A stretch of 64,000 bases of DNA from Acidimicrobiales bacterium (GTDB lineage: Bacteria > Actinomycetota > Acidimicrobiia > Acidimicrobiales > AC-9): positions 5,002 through 69,001 of the forward strand of contig DATBBR010000070.1 in the NCBI GenBank assembly GCA_036270875.1. Direction: 5' to 3'. The translations under genes and the position numbers were made by a program. This document shows, piece after piece, positions 62,706-64,000 of the stretch. The notes below the pieces were generated by a model. The model saw only the letters and a list, made by a program, of their open reading frames with translations. It was not told the DNA's origin and did not search any database. How positions within the stretch are numbered: position 1 is the first letter of the stretch; each line of letters begins with the position of its first letter.

Positions 62706-63968
62706 ATGAGGCAGATGGATTTCGAGGCGCGCTCGGCCACGCCTGGACCCGGCTCCCGACGAGACGCCGACGCCGCCTCCCCGGCCGACGCTCCGCGGCA
62801 CGCGAGTGCGGGCACGCCGGACGACGACATCGCCGCCATTGCCCGTGGGGCCGGCCTGCACCGCATTCACATCCTCGCCTGGCGCGACCTCGACGATCCG
62901 GAGGCTGGCGGCTCCGAGCTCCACGCGTCGACCATCGCCCGCCTCTGGGCACGCGCCGGGCTCGACGTCACCATGCGCAGCTCGGCCGCGGCCGGGCACC
63001 CCGCCTACACCCGCCGCGACGGGTACCGGGTGGTCCGCAAATCCGGCCGGTACGCGGTGTTCCCCCGCACGGCATTGAGCGGCCTCGTGGGCCGGACCGG
63101 CCAGCGGGACGCGCTGGTCGAGGTCTGGAACGGCATGCCCTTCTTCTCGCCGGCATGGGCCCGGTGCCCACGCGTGGTGTTCCTCCACCACGTGCACGCC
63201 GAGATGTGGCGAATGGTGCTCAAGCCCGAGGTCCTCGCCCGCCTCGGGGAGATGGTCGAGTTCACCGTGGCTCCGCCCGTGTACCGCCGCAGCCGCATCG
63301 TCACCCTGTCGTCCTCCTCGAAGCAGGAGATCGTCGACATGCTCCGGCTCCCCGAGGAGAACATCTCGGTCGTCAACCCGGGCATCGATCCCCGCTTCAC
63401 GCCCGGTGGGACCCGTTCCCCCCGTCCGCTCGTCGTCGCCGCCGGGCGGCTGGTGCCGGTCAAGCGCTTCGAGCTGCTCATCGACGCGCTCGTGGAGCTC
63501 CGCAGCCGCCACCCCGGCCTCGAGGCGGTGATCGTCGGCGAGGGCTATGAGCGCCCGGCCCTGGAGGCCCGGGTCCGGGCCGCCGGCGCCAGCAGCTGGC
63601 TGACCCTGCCCGGACACCTCAGCGACGACGACCTTCTGGCGCTGTACCGGCGGGCGTGGGTGCTGGCCAGCACCTCCCTGCGGGAGGGGTGGGGCATGAC
63701 GGTCACCGAGGCCGCCGCCTGCGGCACGCCCGCCGTCGTCAGCCGCATCGCCGGTCATCTGGATGCCGTTGACCACGGCGCCAGCGGCTTCCTGGCCGAG
63801 GGGCCGGAGCTGGCCCACCATCTGGACCTCGTGCTCCGCGACGAAGCCCTCCGGCGCCGGCTGGGCAAGGGCGCGCTCGAGCTCGCTTCCCGGTTCACGT
63901 GGGAGGCGACCGCTCGGGGCACGCTCGAGGCCCTGGCCTCGGCCGCTGCCGCGCGTCACCGACCATGA
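62706..63968 (+). CDS. family-4 (GT-B fold) glycosyltransferase
   Basis: C-terminal GT1/GT4 motif LASTSLREGWGMTVTEAAACGTPAVVSRIAGHLDAV (the E-x7-E region) and N-terminal GGSELH. The start is uncertain (TTG 62694, ATG 62706 or ATG 62715). Confidence 0.9.
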   Translation: MRQMDFEARSATPGPGSRRDADAASPADAPRHASAGTPDDDIAAIARGAGLHRIHILAWRDLDDPEAGGSELHASTIARLWARAGLDVTMRSSAAAGHPAYTRRDGYRVVRKSGRYAVFPRTALSGLVGRTGQRDALVEVWNGMPFFSPAWARCPRVVFLHHVHAEMWRMVLKPEVLARLGEMVEFTVAPPVYRRSRIVTLSSSSKQEIVDMLRLPEENISVVNPGIDPRFTPGGTRSPRPLVVAAGRLVPVKRFELLIDALVELRSRHPGLEAVIVGEGYERPALEARVRAAGASSWLTLPGHLSDDDLLALYRRAWVLASTSLREGWGMTVTEAAACGTPAVVSRIAGHLDAVDHGASGFLAEGPELAHHLDLVLRDEALRRRLGKGALELASRFTWEATARGTLEALASAAAARHRP

Positions 63969-64000
63969 GCGTGCTGCGCACGGCGCCCGCGTCGCGGGCT
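63965..64000 (+). CDS. start of a further gene (MSVLRTAPASRA...), truncated by the window end
   Basis: ATG 63965 forms an ATGA overlap with the GT4 stop, the same coupling pattern seen throughout the window. Only 12 codons are visible. Confidence 0.3.
   Translation, partial: MSVLRTAPASRA

Overview
This is a very GC-rich, gene-dense chromosomal segment with Actinomycetota-like codon usage and frequent GTG/TTG starts. I support about 60 protein-coding genes. I found no rRNA, tRNA, CRISPR array, transposase or integrase by eye. All functional calls come from reading the supplied translations against remembered family motifs, and no HMM or BLAST was run. Many long ORFs in the track are antisense or read-through artefacts typical of high-GC DNA, so several starts were re-placed by hand at 4-nt ATGA/GTGA overlaps or behind Shine-Dalgarno motifs.

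Content, in order:
- A CBS/MgtE-N plus DUF1003 gene pair.
- A nine-gene minus-strand array (10290 down to 1995) that is almost entirely translationally coupled. It runs Mo-cofactor oxidoreductase, membrane protein, GT-C glycosyltransferase, GT2, DUF2064, SAM methyltransferase, epimerase, then an OmpR-type response regulator and an intramembrane-type histidine kinase.
- A LolA-like protein with an ABC-2 exporter, a thioesterase and a VOC protein.
- A Sel1-repeat::GT-C fusion.
- amt-glnK, next to an atypical wHTH regulator whose upstream region carries tandem operator-like repeats.
- A small GC-depressed islet with zinc-ribbon mini-ORFs.
- PadR with DUF4097, a MOSC protein, and a Ser/Thr/Pro-rich membrane protein.
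- A TetR / diiron-oxygenase / membrane-protein operon behind a perfect 30-bp palindrome.
- HU with a lysine-rich tail, uppP, a HAD hydrolase and an AcpA/PLC-family phosphoesterase.
- A ferritin-like::DUF362 fusion, a BCCP::carboxyltransferase fusion, a DinB-like protein and a DUF445 protein.
- A NitT/TauT-type ABC importer and msrB.
- From about 43.6 kb to the window end, a locus of about 20 kb that looks like envelope-glycan biosynthesis.

The most interesting signal is the density of polytopic GT-C-type membrane glycosyltransferases: seven clear ones plus two GT-C-like candidates in 64 kb. They sit with only two polyprenyl-P-sugar-synthase-like GT2 genes, one GT4, one flippase, an FAD oxidoreductase, a membrane-embedded spermidine-synthase-like protein and an AT3 acyltransferase carrying two SGNH domains. 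This points to an uncharacterised glycoconjugate assembled outside the cytoplasmic membrane.
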